DNA from: Fonticula alba ATCC 38817
Lineage: Eukaryota; Protista; Nucleariida
DNA: 29,739 nt
Reading direction: 5' to 3' (one strand)
Assembly (NCBI GenBank): GCA_000388065.2
Contig: KB932219.1
The first letter of the stretch is position 1; each line of letters begins with the position of its first letter. Below are positions 10,432 through 21,647 of the stretch, piece by piece. The translations under genes and the position numbers were made by a program. The notes below the pieces were generated by a model. It saw nothing but the letters and a program-made list of their open reading frames with translations, ran no database searches and was not told where the DNA came from.

Positions 10432-13149
10432 CCTGGTCGAGGCTGAGGGGGGCGGGGGGAGAGAGAGAGAGGGGGGGGAGAGGGGGAGAGGGGGGAGGGG
10501 AAAGGGTGGGGCGGGGAGGGACGCGAGGCTGAGGGCGGAGGGGAGAGGGCGGTGTTGCCGCTGCCCATGCCCAGCGCGCATCGACCGCCGTGGCACTTGG
10601 GCGGCGGGCCCGGTCAAGTGCCAGGGGGGGGGGGGGGGCCGCGGGGCTGGCACCAAAAACAACAACAATAATGGCAGCAACAAGCACGGCAGCCGGGAGA
10701 ATAGCAACACCGGCGTCGGGGCTGGTGCCGACGCCGAACCCGTGCCCTGAGGCCGGCCCGGGGCCTCGGAACTTGTGGCCACCATTGGACCGCGCGCCCT
10801 GGCAGCATGTGCGCGCACATGCCGGCCGGCCCGGGGCCGGGCCCGGGGGGCCGAGGGGGGGCTCCGGACGCGCCCGGAAATAGGCCCCCCCTTGGCGCGG
10901 GGCCGCGACCGGGCCATAACCATAGCCGGCCGGGTTGTAGCCCCCGGAAGAAAAGGGCCCCTGGCCCTGGGCCGCACGTGCGGCGCATGCTCTCGCCGCG
11001 CTCCCCCGGCGGCCTGGTCCCGGGCCGCCCTGTTGCACCAGCCGGCCGACACCGGCAACCCCCCCCCCCCGGAGCGCCCGGCGCCCGCTCTTGGCAGCCG
11101 CCGGAGTTGGGTGGACGACCTGCCTTCGTGCGGAGTGCCAACGATCGCGCACGGGCGCCTGCCGGCAGCACGAGAATCCCGCGTGCCGCGAGGCGCGGAC
11201 GATCGGGCGGGGGACGTGTGGCGCCCGGGCGCCTTCTCGGGCCGTGTGCCGGGCGCGATGGGACCGGCCCCGGTGGCCTGCGGGGTGTCCTTGGCGACCG
11301 GCGGCGTGTCTGTGTTTTCGGGCATTATTATGTGCCCCTTTTTTGCGGGAACATGGCCCCGGGCATGGGGTCCCCCTTGGCGCGCACCGCGCGGGGTCCT
11401 CGGCGATCCGCCAGCCGGGGCCACCACCGCGGGCCCCCGGCCCCGGCAGGGGTGGTCCCCTCCGTCCCTCCTCCCTGGCTCCTCGCTGCGCCCTTTCGCC
11501 CCTCGTTGCCCGGCCGCCCTGCGGGCCGAGTCGCTTGCACGCCCCCCCCCCCTGCTCCCGGTCTCGGCGCGCGGCCCCGCAACGAGGCGAGGCGCGGTGG
11601 GCGGGGCTCGTGCGGCCGGGTCCGGTGCGCCCCCATGCCCGGGGGACCAGCAGCCGGGCGACCTCTTCCCGGCCCCCGGGGCTCCTCGCTGGACCGCTCG
11701 CTGCCAGGGGACGCCGACGGGGGCCCCGATGCCTGCGAGGGCTCCTCCGCCGGTGGTCCCCCCCGGACCGGAGGTCGATCGGGCGCGTGCTGCGCGCCGG
11801 CCGCCACGCAGCGGTGCTCAGCGCGCGCCCGAGGCCCGAGACGTGGCGGCCCACCCGCCGCAGGGCCGCACCCCATCGCCACGCCCCCGGCCCACCGCCT
11901 CATCAGGATGGCGGCGCCGGGCAGCTCCGCGATGGAGGCCCGACGCCGGATGCGGGACCCCTGCCTCCTGGCCGGCTGGCGGGCCCTCGGCCCGGGGGGC
12001 GCCGGTCTCCGGGCCAGCTGGCCACAGGCCCCGAGCACGCGGCACCCGGCCCGCGGGCCCTTCCGCCCGGCCCTCCGCGCGCCTGGCACCCGGCGCCACA
12101 CGGCCGGCGCGGTGTGCTTGCCCGCGGGCGGCCGCCCGGCGGACGTGGCGAACGGCCGATGCGCGTCGCCTCGCAGCACGGGCCTGCCGGTGGCCCCGGC
12201 CGCGGTCGCGTGGACACGGGCTCCTCGCGCGGGCCCCCGTAGCCGAGGGGCGTCGAGGCGAGCATGCCTCGAGCATGCGACCGGACCTCCGCGGCCGCGC
12301 CCCGGGGGCTCTCAGCCTCTGGCCCGGGGGGATGCCCCCCGCCAGCAGGGCGCCTTCCCCGCACGCCGGCCGCCCCTGTCCGGGCCGGGCTCGCCAGGGC
12401 AGGAAATCCAGGCATGCCGGGCCGCGCTGCCGGCGCCCTCGGAGATGGCGCACATATCTCCGCCAGCGGCGCCGCATCATTGCCACTCGTTTTTTTTTTG
12501 CCGGTGTCCCGGCTCGGCGCCAGGGCACATGAAGTTGCACGCCGGTGCGCGCACATCGGCCGAGGCGCATCGGCGAGTGCCCTGGCCAGGCCCCGAAACG
12601 CGACCCGGGCACGGAGGTGGGCCGGCTGCCGCCCGGCCGGATCCCGGCGGAGAGGGCCGGCTTGGGCGGGCTCCCGCCTCATGTCCTCCCCGGCCCCCAT
12701 GCCGCCCGGAGGACAGCCTCCCGGGGCATGGGCCGACTCGCGCCGCGACCCGGGCACGCACGCGGTCGCCCCACACACCGAAGGGCACACCTCCCGGCCG
12801 GAGGTGCCGTGCACGCACCCGGCAGGGCCCCAGCCGGGCGCCGTCTGTGCTTCGAGTTCGCCGCATGGCCGCGATCCTGCCCCCCCCGAACCCTGAGCTC
12901 CGGCGCCTGGCCCGCGCCCCGGGCACGCGCGCCGCCCGTTGGCCGGTCGCGTGTGCCCCGCACGCCATCGCGGCCGGGCCACCCTCTCCGAGCCGGTCCC
13001 GGCCGCTGCCCTGCCTCGCGAGCAGGTGTGCCCACACTCGGCGACAGCCTCGGCTGGGGCACCTCCGCCGGGCGGGCGCCCAGGGCCGCCCGGTGGCGTG
13101 CCACCGAGCGCCGGGCAGACGCCCATTCCGCAATACCAGCACGACTATT

Positions 13150-13220
13150 TTGCGACCAATCCATCGGCATGTGACCCGTAGCACTTTGGCCAACAGCCGC
13201 CCCCGGCGCCGGCCAATCGC
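13150..13220 (+). promoter_or_regulatory. Candidate promoter of the gene at 13640 with two CCAAT boxes
   Basis: GACCAATCC (CCAAT 13156-13160) and GGCCAATCG (CCAAT 13213-13217) resemble the extended NF-Y/HAP site. They lie in a locally AT-richer patch about 430-480 nt upstream of the ATG. Function is inferred. Confidence 0.4.
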
Positions 13221-13639
13221 ACGGCGGCAGGGGGCCACATCGGAAGATGGCATCCCCCGCTGGGCGTCTGGCTCCCCCGGCCCGGCCGGGCCGCCGGGAG
13301 ATCTGGCCCCCAAACAGGCCAAAGGGAGCGCCCGGCCAGGTCGGATCCCTACCCCCCCCCCGCGCGCCGCGCCGTCTGGCCCCTGCGCGGCGTCCCGCCG
13401 CTTCGCCCGGCACGGCCGCGCGCCCGGCGTGCGCACCCCGCAAGCCGGGCGGACGGCCTTTCAGCCAGGACCCCGGGCCGCGCGGCACGTCCCGGCACAT
13501 GACCCCCCCCCCCTCCCCCTCCCTTGCCTGCCATCTTCTCTCCCCCCCCCCCGCTCTCTCTCCCTCGCTCATCCGCGTTCCCTCGGTGGTTCGCACTCTG
13601 ATCGCCGGGCCGGCCTTTTTTCCCATCCCCGACTTGGCA

Positions 13640-16600
13640 ATGTCCGCATGCAGTGGAGACGCAGAGGCGGCCGGGCCACGGCCGTGCGTGCCGGCCACCG
13701 GCGAGGCGCCAGCGCCGGCGGCGCAAAAGCCCCCGGCCGTGGCCCTGACGACGGCCTGCTTCGCGGTGTCGCTGGCCCGGCCGGCCGGCAGCCCGCGGGT
13801 GGTCCCCTACGCCGCGGTGGCGAATGCCGCCCTGGGGGCGTGCTCCGGCGGCGAGTCCCTGCTGCAGGTGTCCCAGGTGTGTCTGTGTGTCCGCGCGCCA
13901 TGCCCCCGCCTCCCCTGCTTCTAACACTCCCCCGACGGGGCAGACCCTCCACCTGGCCATCGGGAGTGTGGAGCTGGCTCTGCTCGTGACCGACCTCCGG
14001 GTCGACGGGGCCAGCCTGCCCGACGGGGCCATCGACAAGTCGACGCAGGTCATCCTGGCCGCCGGGCCGGAGGTGCAGCTCCTCGACGCGCCGGTGGTGG
14101 TGTCCCTGTCCGGGCTGCTGGGGCATGCCCCGGAGCAGCATGTCATCCTGAATGCCATGCACCTGTCCCTCGGCAGCCTGGATGTGCTCTTCGCGCCGGC
14201 CGGTGGCCAGGTGGCCCGGGCGCTGGCCGCCCACCGGCCCGACGCCCCGGAGGGCCCCTTCTACGCCAGGCACCAGGAGCGGGTGTTCCACATCCGGTAC
14301 GCCCGACGCCGGCCCTGCGCCTGGGTCCCCCCCTCCCCCGGCCGCCGACTGACGCCTCGCCTGCTTCTCGCTCGGCCCTTCCCCCGGCCGCCCGGCCCCC
14401 CCTGGCCCGGTGTCCCAGGATCTGCCACCGGCCGACGGTCCCCGGGCTGGCGCTGCGGGCCAGTCCGCGGCTCTTCTCCTCGCTGGGGCTTCGGCAGCAC
14501 GGGCGCCCGATGCCGCTGGTCGTGTGCGACCCGCCCCCGGTGCTGGGGGTCGTTTGGCTGGAGACCGATGAGCCCTTCGAGCAGCACGACCAGGCGCGCG
14601 TGCAGCGCGAGCTGGCCGGCGCCCCGCTCCATGCCGGGCACGTGCGTTCCCCCGCCCCGCGGGCATCCCCCCTCTGGCCGGTGTGTGTCGCCCGCTCACG
14701 CGTCCTGCCCCCCNNNNNNNNNNNNNNNNNNNNNNNNNNNNNNNNNNNNNNNNNNNNNNNNNNNNNNNNNNNNNNNNNNNNNNNNNNNNNNNNNNNNNNN
14801 NNNNNNNNNNNNNNNNNNNNNNNNNNNNNNNNNNNNNNNNNNNNNNNNNNNNNNNNNNNNNNNNNNNNNNNNNNNNNNNNNNNNNNNNNNNNNNNNNNNN
14901 NNNNNNNNNNNNNNNNNNNNNNNNNNNNNNNNNNNNNNNNNNNNNNNNNNNNNNNNNNNNNNNNNNNNNNNNNNNNNNNNNNNNNNNNNNNNNNNNNNNN
15001 NNNNNNNNNNNNNNNNNNNNNNNNNNNNNNNNNNNNNNNNNNNNNNNNNNNNNNNNNNNNNNNNNNNNNNNNNNNNNNNNNNNNNNNNNNNNNNNNNNNN
15101 NNNNNNNNNNNNNNNNNNNNNNNNNNNNNNNNNNNNNNNNNNNNNNNNNNNNNNNNNNNNNNNNNNNNNNNNNNNNNNNNNNNNNNNNNNNNNNNNNNNN
15201 NNNNNNNNNNNNNNNNNNNNNNNNNNNNNNNNNNNNNNNNNNNNNNNNNNNNNNNNNNNNNNNNNNNNNNNNNNNNNNNNNNNNNNNNNNNNNNNNNNNN
15301 NNNNNNNNNNNNNNNNNNNNNNNNNNNNNNNNNNNNNNNNNNNNNNNNNNNNNNNNNNNNNNNNNNNNNNNNNNNNNNNNNNNNNNNNNNNNNNNNNNNN
15401 NNNNNNNNNNNNNNNNNNNNNNNNNNNNNNNNNNNNNNNNNNNNNNNNNNNNNNNNNNNNNNNNNNNNNNNNNNNNNNNNNNNNNNNNNNNNNNNNNNNN
15501 NNNNNNNNNNNNNNNNNNTCCGGCGGGTGGCCTGGGACGCGGCGGATACGGGCCCCTCGCCGGCGGGCGTGCTGACCGGCGACACGGCGCTCGAGGTGTC
15601 CTGCCTGGCGGGCACTGCGCGGACCGGTGCCCGGCCGGCGGACGGCCCGGGCGACACGCGCCGGTGGCTGCTGCTCGAGTCTCCCCCCGCCGGGGAGGCC
15701 GGTCGGCCGCTGTGTCTGGAGGCCGAAGCCAGCCCCCTGAGGGCCTTCCCGGCCGGGCGCGCGGCCATCAGCCCGGCGCTTCACCAGAAGCTGCGCCGCG
15801 AGCTTTCCCACAGCTCGGACCTTTTCCTCCGGTGGGGGGATCACCTCCTGCTGCTCTGGTGCGCCTGCTGTCGCGAGCCGGTGCACGTTCGCATCCACGC
15901 GCACATGTGCACATATACACACACATGCATGCACGCACGCACGCGCGCATACACGCACGCACACATATACACATATACACACACACACACACATACACAC
16001 ATACACGCACGCACACATAAACACGCGCACACATAAACACGCGCACACATGAACACGCGCCCTGGCTGCAGCCGCAGCAGCTCACACCCACGCGCCGCAG
16101 CCCCGACCCGAATCCGCGCACCGCCCTGACCGAAGGCCAGGTGACCCTCGGCCAAGGGGACTTCAATCGGATTTTTGCCCACCACACCATCCTGCAGGCC
16201 GGCGTGCTGACATCGCCCCCGCGCGTCTTCCAGGTGGAGCTGCATCTCCTGGCGGCCGGCCTGCGGGCGGAGCGCGTGGCCCACCGGCCGGCCGAGGAGG
16301 CCTTCCTCCGGCAGTTTGACCGCTCGGTGCTCTCCCAAGGACAGGTATGTGGGCCCGTCGTCGCCGGGGCCCGGGCCACATGCCCCCCTCTGCTGGCCCG
16401 CCCTCTTTTGGACACACGCTGACACGGTCCCCCTGCGTGCGTGTGCAGGTGTGCCAGCTGCAGGCCGAGGGCATGGCCCTGCGCGTGCAGGTGGCCCAGC
16501 TGCTGGGGGCCGACCTGCAGCCGCTGCATGCCGGCTACCTGGACATGGCCACCGTGGTGGCCTTCCTGCACATCAGCGATCCCAAGCAGAAGATCCACGT

Positions 16601-18238
16601 GGCGGACCGGCCGGCCTCGGCCCTGGTGCAAGTTGCCCGGCTGGAGGAGCCCCTCCGCCTGCCGCTGGTGGCGCAGGATGGCTTCGAGCACCCGGACCAG
16701 CATGTCATCCATGTGACTGGCGGGACCTTCGAAGCGCTGCAGCGGCACTTCCTCCACCCGGGGCGGACCCTCTTCGTGGGCCCGAACTATCGGCTAGAGT
16801 ACGTATCCGGGGGCGGGAGGGGGGGGGGGCCTTCGTGCGGGGCTCTTGCTTGCGTCCATTCGGTTCACTCCGCGCACGGGCAGTGCCCCTGACCCGGGGG
16901 ACGGGGGGCGAGCAGGGAAGGGAGCTGACCTCGAGACGTCCGGCCCCCGGCACAGGACGCAGCCGACGGACTACCCGAAGCTCAAGCTGCACCAGGTGCT
17001 GGTCGATGAGTCCCTCTACCGGATGAGGGGCGACGGGCTGTTCTTGCGGTATGTCCGGCCGCCGGCGCTGCTGGTCATCAAGTGCATCGTCGAGCCGAGC
17101 GGCGAGGACTCGCCGCCGGTCATCGGCCCGCGGGTGCTGGAGCGCCTGTTCCTCCGGTCCATCCCGCCATCGGGCGTGGTTTGGGCCAAACAGGTGCGCC
17201 TTCGTCAGGAGGGTGGGCCCGTGGCAGGGGCTGGGGGGGGCGGGGACAGGAGCGGGAGCGGCGGGGGGCGAGGCGCCTGATGGCGTGCGGGCGCGCGGGC
17301 CATTGACCGATGGCGTCCTTCCCCCTCGTCGGGTGGCCTGCCGGCGGCAGCAATGCGCCATGCCGCCGGACCTGCCGGGGCTCAGCATGTCGCTGACCTG
17401 GATGCGGGACCTGGCCGACCGGCCGGCCATGGTCGGGACATATGTTCCCGGGGTGACGCGGCTGTCCTTCGGAGCGCACGGCGTCCAGCTGGACCCCAAG
17501 CCGGCGCACCTCCTGGCGCTGGGCTGCGGCCGGCAGCTGGTGGCGCTGGATGCGCTGTTCACGCGGACCCCGTCGGCCCTGTATCCGGGGCTGCTGCTGC
17601 CGCGGGAGGTGTTCCAGTCGGCGGCCGAGGCGCGCAATGAGGCCCGCCCGCCGGAGTGCCTGTTTTTCCAGTGCCGCGGCCGGGTGTTCATGGCCCGGCT
17701 GGCGGACACGCACCATGTGTCGGGCGTGGTGCGCGTGTGTGAGGACCTGCGCGAGAGCATGTACCCCGGGCTGGCGCCGATGTCCTATCTGCAGCCGGCC
17801 CCGGGGGCGAGCTACCTGGGCACGGTGCACCTGCGCGTGACGCCGGCCGACGCGGCGTCCGCCCGGCCGGTGGCCGCCGACATGACCGAGGAGGACCTCC
17901 GCCGGGCCCTGGGCCTTGTCTTCTCGGATGGCAGCATGGCCACCATGGAGCGGCGCGTGCTCCGGGGGCTGGCCCTCAAGCCGGAGCTGCTGCTGGACCC
18001 CCTCGAGCAGACGGTCGCCTGCGGGCTCTTCCACCCGGGCCGGACGCAAGTCCATCTGCACCTCCGAGATGTGGTGCTGCTGCTGCCGCCGCCGCGGCCC
18101 GGGGCGCCGGAGGGGGGTGGCCCGGCGGACGCGCAGCCCGATGGCGGCCCGGCCCGGAGCCCGCCGGCCCCGAGGCGGGGCGCGGCCCGGGCCCCGAGGC
18201 GACGCCTGCGCCTGGGCTCCAGGGCCCCGTCCGACTGA
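13640..18238 (+). CDS. Multi-exon protein (at least about 950 aa) made of about five tandem NSF/Cdc48-like N-domains, no AAA ATPase visible. Exons 13640-13876, 13944-14296, 14419-about 14641, (gap) 15519-15858, 16101-16344, 16449-16798, 16956-17193, 17351-18238
   Basis: All visible junctions have GT..AG, a CTAAC/CTGAC/CTCAC/TTGAC branch point and matching phase (0, 2, 2, 0, 2, 0). Stop TGA at 18236-18238. The gene structure is well supported. The domain call is from recalled similarity to the NSF N-domain, e.g. [44 protein letters not shown]. Confidence 0.75.
14714..15518. other. Assembly gap (805 N) inside the plus-strand gene
   Basis: N run. Confidence 0.99.
15900..16050. repeat. Compound (CA)/(CACG)/(CATA) microsatellite within intron 15859-16100
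   Basis: Directly visible; it explains the spurious HTHT/CVCV translations in the ORF track. Confidence 0.92.
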
Positions 18239-19150
18239 GCCGCCGCCAGCATGCCGGGCCGCCAGCAGGCTTGGCATGCATGCGGCCTTCGTGGGCTCGG
18301 CCCGGCGACCGGGAAAGGGGCGGAGGGGGGCGGCACAGTGCCTCCCCCCTGCATGGGCCCAGCGCCGGCCCGGGCCTGACCCAGGGAGGGAGGCGGAATA
18401 AAAGAAAGCATCCCCAGGCCGGACTCGCGGCTGGTGTCTGGGCGGGCCGTCCCGACAGCCAGGACCGCACGGGGGCAAACGGGGGGGGGGGGGGGGCGGG
18501 TCGGAGGCCGAGGTGTCTGTCGATGAGCGGCCGGCCCGCGCGGGCCACCTGGCGTGGGGGCTGTTCGGCGCGTCACGTCGGGTGCCAGGACAAGGCGGTC
18601 GTCGACCAGGGCGACATGCTCCCGCGAGGGAGGGGGGGGGCGGTGCCCGCGCTGCTGGCACTCCCGCCGATGGGGCCTCGCCGCTTCGGCTGCCTCTTGG
18701 CCGGGCCCGGTGCCGGCGCCGGGCCTGCGCAACTTAACAGCCGGCCCCAAGGCGCTAGGCGTATGCGCCTGACGACGCGCCGGCACCCTCGCCCGTGCCT
18801 CCCAATCGGCTGGCCACGGTCGAGTCCAGCCCGCGCCGGGGATCGAGGGCGCTGTCCTGGCCCCAGCGCCCGGGGCATCAGCGCGCCCTGGCGCGGAAAC
18901 CGGGCGGTGCGGCATCTGGCCGGGCCCCGGTGTGGTCACGACACGGCTGGATGTCGCCCGCCTGGCGGCTGTGCGTGGGGGGGGGGGGGGCCTCAAGCGA
19001 GCGCGGAAGGCGCGGGCCGGGGACGCTGCGACCACCGGGAGTCCGGGGCATATTGGCTGAACACCAGCACCCTCAAACATGGGCCGCAGGGGGCTGCGCT
19101 GCGCGTGCTCCGGCGCGTCCCCCGCCACGGACGACCAGCCTGAGTCCACT

Positions 19151-19164
19151 TGTAACATGTTACA
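19151..19164. promoter_or_regulatory. Perfect 14-bp AT-rich palindrome TGTAACATGTTACA, possible dimeric protein binding site
   Basis: Palindromy checked base by base. It lies in an AT-enriched island (about 19140-19305). Function is unknown. Confidence 0.3.
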
Positions 19165-19572
19165 CCTATGGGCGCGGAAAAAAAAGACCCACCTCGCGCT
19201 TGCCAAAACCGAGGGTATTGGAGAGCATTTTAAATGCCCAATTTGGTGCGACTTACGCGCAGCACCGGGGGGGAGGCCGAACTTTATTTTGGCGAAAATT
19301 TGACTTCGGTCCCACGTGCTCCGGCACCAGCACACGGGCGTGTGCCGGTCATGCACCCTGGCCGCCGTTGTTGGCGGTGCTGTTGGCGGGTCATTTCAGG
19401 GCGGGCCCCCCTCCCGGTCCCCAGCTCGCGCTCATCATCTTTCTCCCCCCCCCCCCTCCCGCCCCGTTGTCCTCACACCCCACTCCCTCCTACTCTCCGG
19501 CTTCCTTCGCCCTTTCGCGCTCTTTGCCATTTCCCCCCTCGCGTTCGCCCTTGGTCCCGCGCGCCCGCTGCC

Positions 19573-21066
19573 CTAGTGCCCCTTTCCGCCGGCTCCGCGG
19601 CGGGCCCGCTCCCCGGGGTCCGGCATTGGCGACGGCGCATGCATGAACAATGGGCGCCAGCCCCCGGCTGGCAGCATGGCAGCCAGGGTGGCCACCTGCT
19701 GGCGGAGGCTGGCGGCCGGAGGCCGGCCGCGCGGCTCCGGGCACCACAGGCGAGGCAGCACGTCGAGCAGGGTCTGCGCAAGGGGGGCACTGGCCTGGGC
19801 AATGGGCGCGGCGGCCGCCTGGACGTCTGGCCGGTCGCCGCGCACCACGCTCTCGGTGATCTGCTCGAAGGAGCAGCCCTGCCAGGGGGCGGTGCGGGAA
19901 AGGCACTCCCACAGCAGGAGCGCCGCGCTGTAGACACCCGCCGGGAGCAGGGCCCCGGTGTCCAGGGGGCGCTTGCGGCGGAAGGCGGCGATCACCTCCG
20001 GCGCGGCATACCGGGCGGTCATGGCGTTGAGCTCCGGCGCCCCGGCCACCAGGGCCGAGGCCCGGTCGGGGTTGAGATTGCGCGAGGTCCCCAAGTCGCC
20101 GAGGGCCACGCGCCAGGACGCCCCGTCGGGGCTCTGGCTGACGAGCACATTGGCCGGCTTCAGGTCGCAATGGGCCACGCCATTGGCGTGCATGGCCTCC
20201 AGCCCGGAGGCCCACTGCTGGCACACGTCCAGGCGGGTGTGCAGCGAAAGGGCGATGTCCGACTGGAGCAGGGTCCCCAGGTCGGCCTGGGGGCGTTCCA
20301 TCACCATGGCCGGCGGCTGGTCGCCGTACCCGTAGATGCGCACGATGTGCGCATGGTCGCGGAGGAGCCTGGCGACCGGGCGAAAGTCAGTGGCCATCGG
20401 CGTCGTGCCAGGGGGCATCAGGGGGGGGGGGGGGGGGGGGGGGGGGCCGCCGAGGATGGTCCGCCAAGCGATCTAGCGCCNNNNNNNNNNNNNNNNNNNN
20501 NNNNNNNNNNNNNNNNNNNNNNNNNNNNNNNNNNNNNNNNNNNNNNNNNNNNNNNNNNNNNNNNNNNNNNNNNNNNNNNNNNNNNNNNNNNNNNNNNNNN
20601 NNNNNNNNNNNNNNNNNNNNNNNNNNNNNNNNNNNNNNNNNNNNNNNNNNNNNNNNNNNNNNNNNNNNNNNNNNNNNNNNNNNNNNNNNNNNNNNNNGTG
20701 TCACGGCCGGCGGGCCACCCGGCGGGCAGGGGGGGGGGGGCGTACCACATGAGTGCAATTTCATTTTGGAAGAGGGCCACCTGGCGCGGAGTCATCTTGG
20801 TGGCTGGGGTGATTGCGATTGCAAATGCATGGGGTTGGGTGAGTCTGGCGGACGCGCGGAGCAGGGGCAGGGGAGGGGGCCGCGCGCTGGCGCACCTTTC
20901 AGCTGCTTGATGGCCACGGTGTCCGGGCAGCCAAGACGCGCGGAGATGCCGGCCCCGATGGCGCGCGCGGCGAACACCCGGGCCTGGGCTCCGGTCCCGA
21001 GGGCGTCATCGACCGGGGCGAAGTCCGCCATGGTGTCCACCTGCATGGCGCCCGGCAGGGCCAGCT
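19573..21066 (-). CDS. TKL-type protein kinase domain of the 19573-27790 gene (exons 20896-21066, 20746-20803, 19573-20368)
   Basis: LGTGAQARV glycine loop, VAIK, FQNEI (alphaC Glu), HCDLKPAN catalytic loop, GDLG, RYAAPE, PAGVYS, LWECL, WCPEPRGRP, and TAG stop at 19573-19575. Confidence 0.92.
20481..20697. other. Assembly gap (217 N) inside intron 20369-20745
   Basis: N run. The flanking exons splice in phase (ALM-W-LLRDH), so the gap is probably wholly intronic. Confidence 0.95.
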
Positions 21067-21403
21067 CTGCGGGGGATGGCAACTGGGCGGCGTGCCGCAA
21101 GGTCAGTGGCAAGAGGCTTGGAGGGGCGAGGCCATGGGCCGGCGGGGGCACTACTCAGGGGGGATTCTGGCCAGGGGCATGCGCACCGACAATCGTGTTG
21201 AGCACCGTCGAGTCTGCGAGGAGCGGAGGTTAGTTGGCGAACGCAGGACGGCAGCCGAGGGGCCGGCTCTCTTGCACGTGGGGTAGGGACGCACTCTCAT
21301 GCGGTTCCGACTGCAAGGGCCGATGTGAGAGGCCGGTTAGTGGGGCTCGGGCGGGGGCGGGGGCGGGGGCGTGGCTTGGCGGGCGGGCGGGCAGCATGCG
21401 CAC

Positions 21404-21513
21404 CAGGTCCCTCGGGCTCTTGGCCCGGCGAGAGCGCAGCAGCAGGAACAGCGCCAGGGCCAGGAGCAGCACCAGCAGCAGCAGCAGGCCCAGGCCGATG
21501 CCGAGGCCGAGGG
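21404..21513 (-). CDS. Transmembrane exon of the receptor kinase
   Basis: Translates (A)LGLGIGLGLLLLLVLLLALALFLLL followed by the basic stop-transfer RSRRAK. Acceptor CCAG at 21514, donor GTGCGC at 21403. Confidence 0.88.
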
Positions 21514-21647
21514 CTGGCGCCGCCGCCACAAAAAAAAGAGCACAGCGGGGGAAGGGGGACAAGCGAGGGGGAGAAAAAAAAAGACGATCAGTATCTGGCC
21601 GGGGCGGGCACAAGGAGAGGCGCCGGGATGAGGGGGCGGACACCTAC

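Noticed and set aside
2467-10446. 2659-aa plus-strand ORF and many other long overlapping ORFs
   Set aside because: These are antisense shadows of the real minus-strand gene. Stop codons are rare at this GC content, the translations are Arg/Gly/Pro/Ala-rich with no motifs, and the track reads through N-gaps.
10775-13989. Long ORFs in the intergenic region (10807..13989, 10775..12532, 10220..11854 and others)
   Set aside because: Low-complexity R/P/G/A translations in all frames, with no domain motif or consistent splice signals.
13640-18238. Calling the gene NSF/SEC18, CDC48, PEX1 or PEX6
   Set aside because: No Walker A/B or second-region-of-homology motif is visible and the N-domain is repeated, so no gene symbol is assigned.
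17812-19356. Minus-strand gene starting near the AT-rich island (MLQVDSGW...)
   Set aside because: Translation is low-complexity, overlaps the last exon of gene B in antisense, and lacks supporting splice or domain evidence.
944-20466. Shared 12-mer GGATGGTCCGCC next to poly-G and N-gaps (944-955 minus, 20455-20466 plus)
   Set aside because: Matches of this length are expected by chance in 30 kb of GC-rich sequence.
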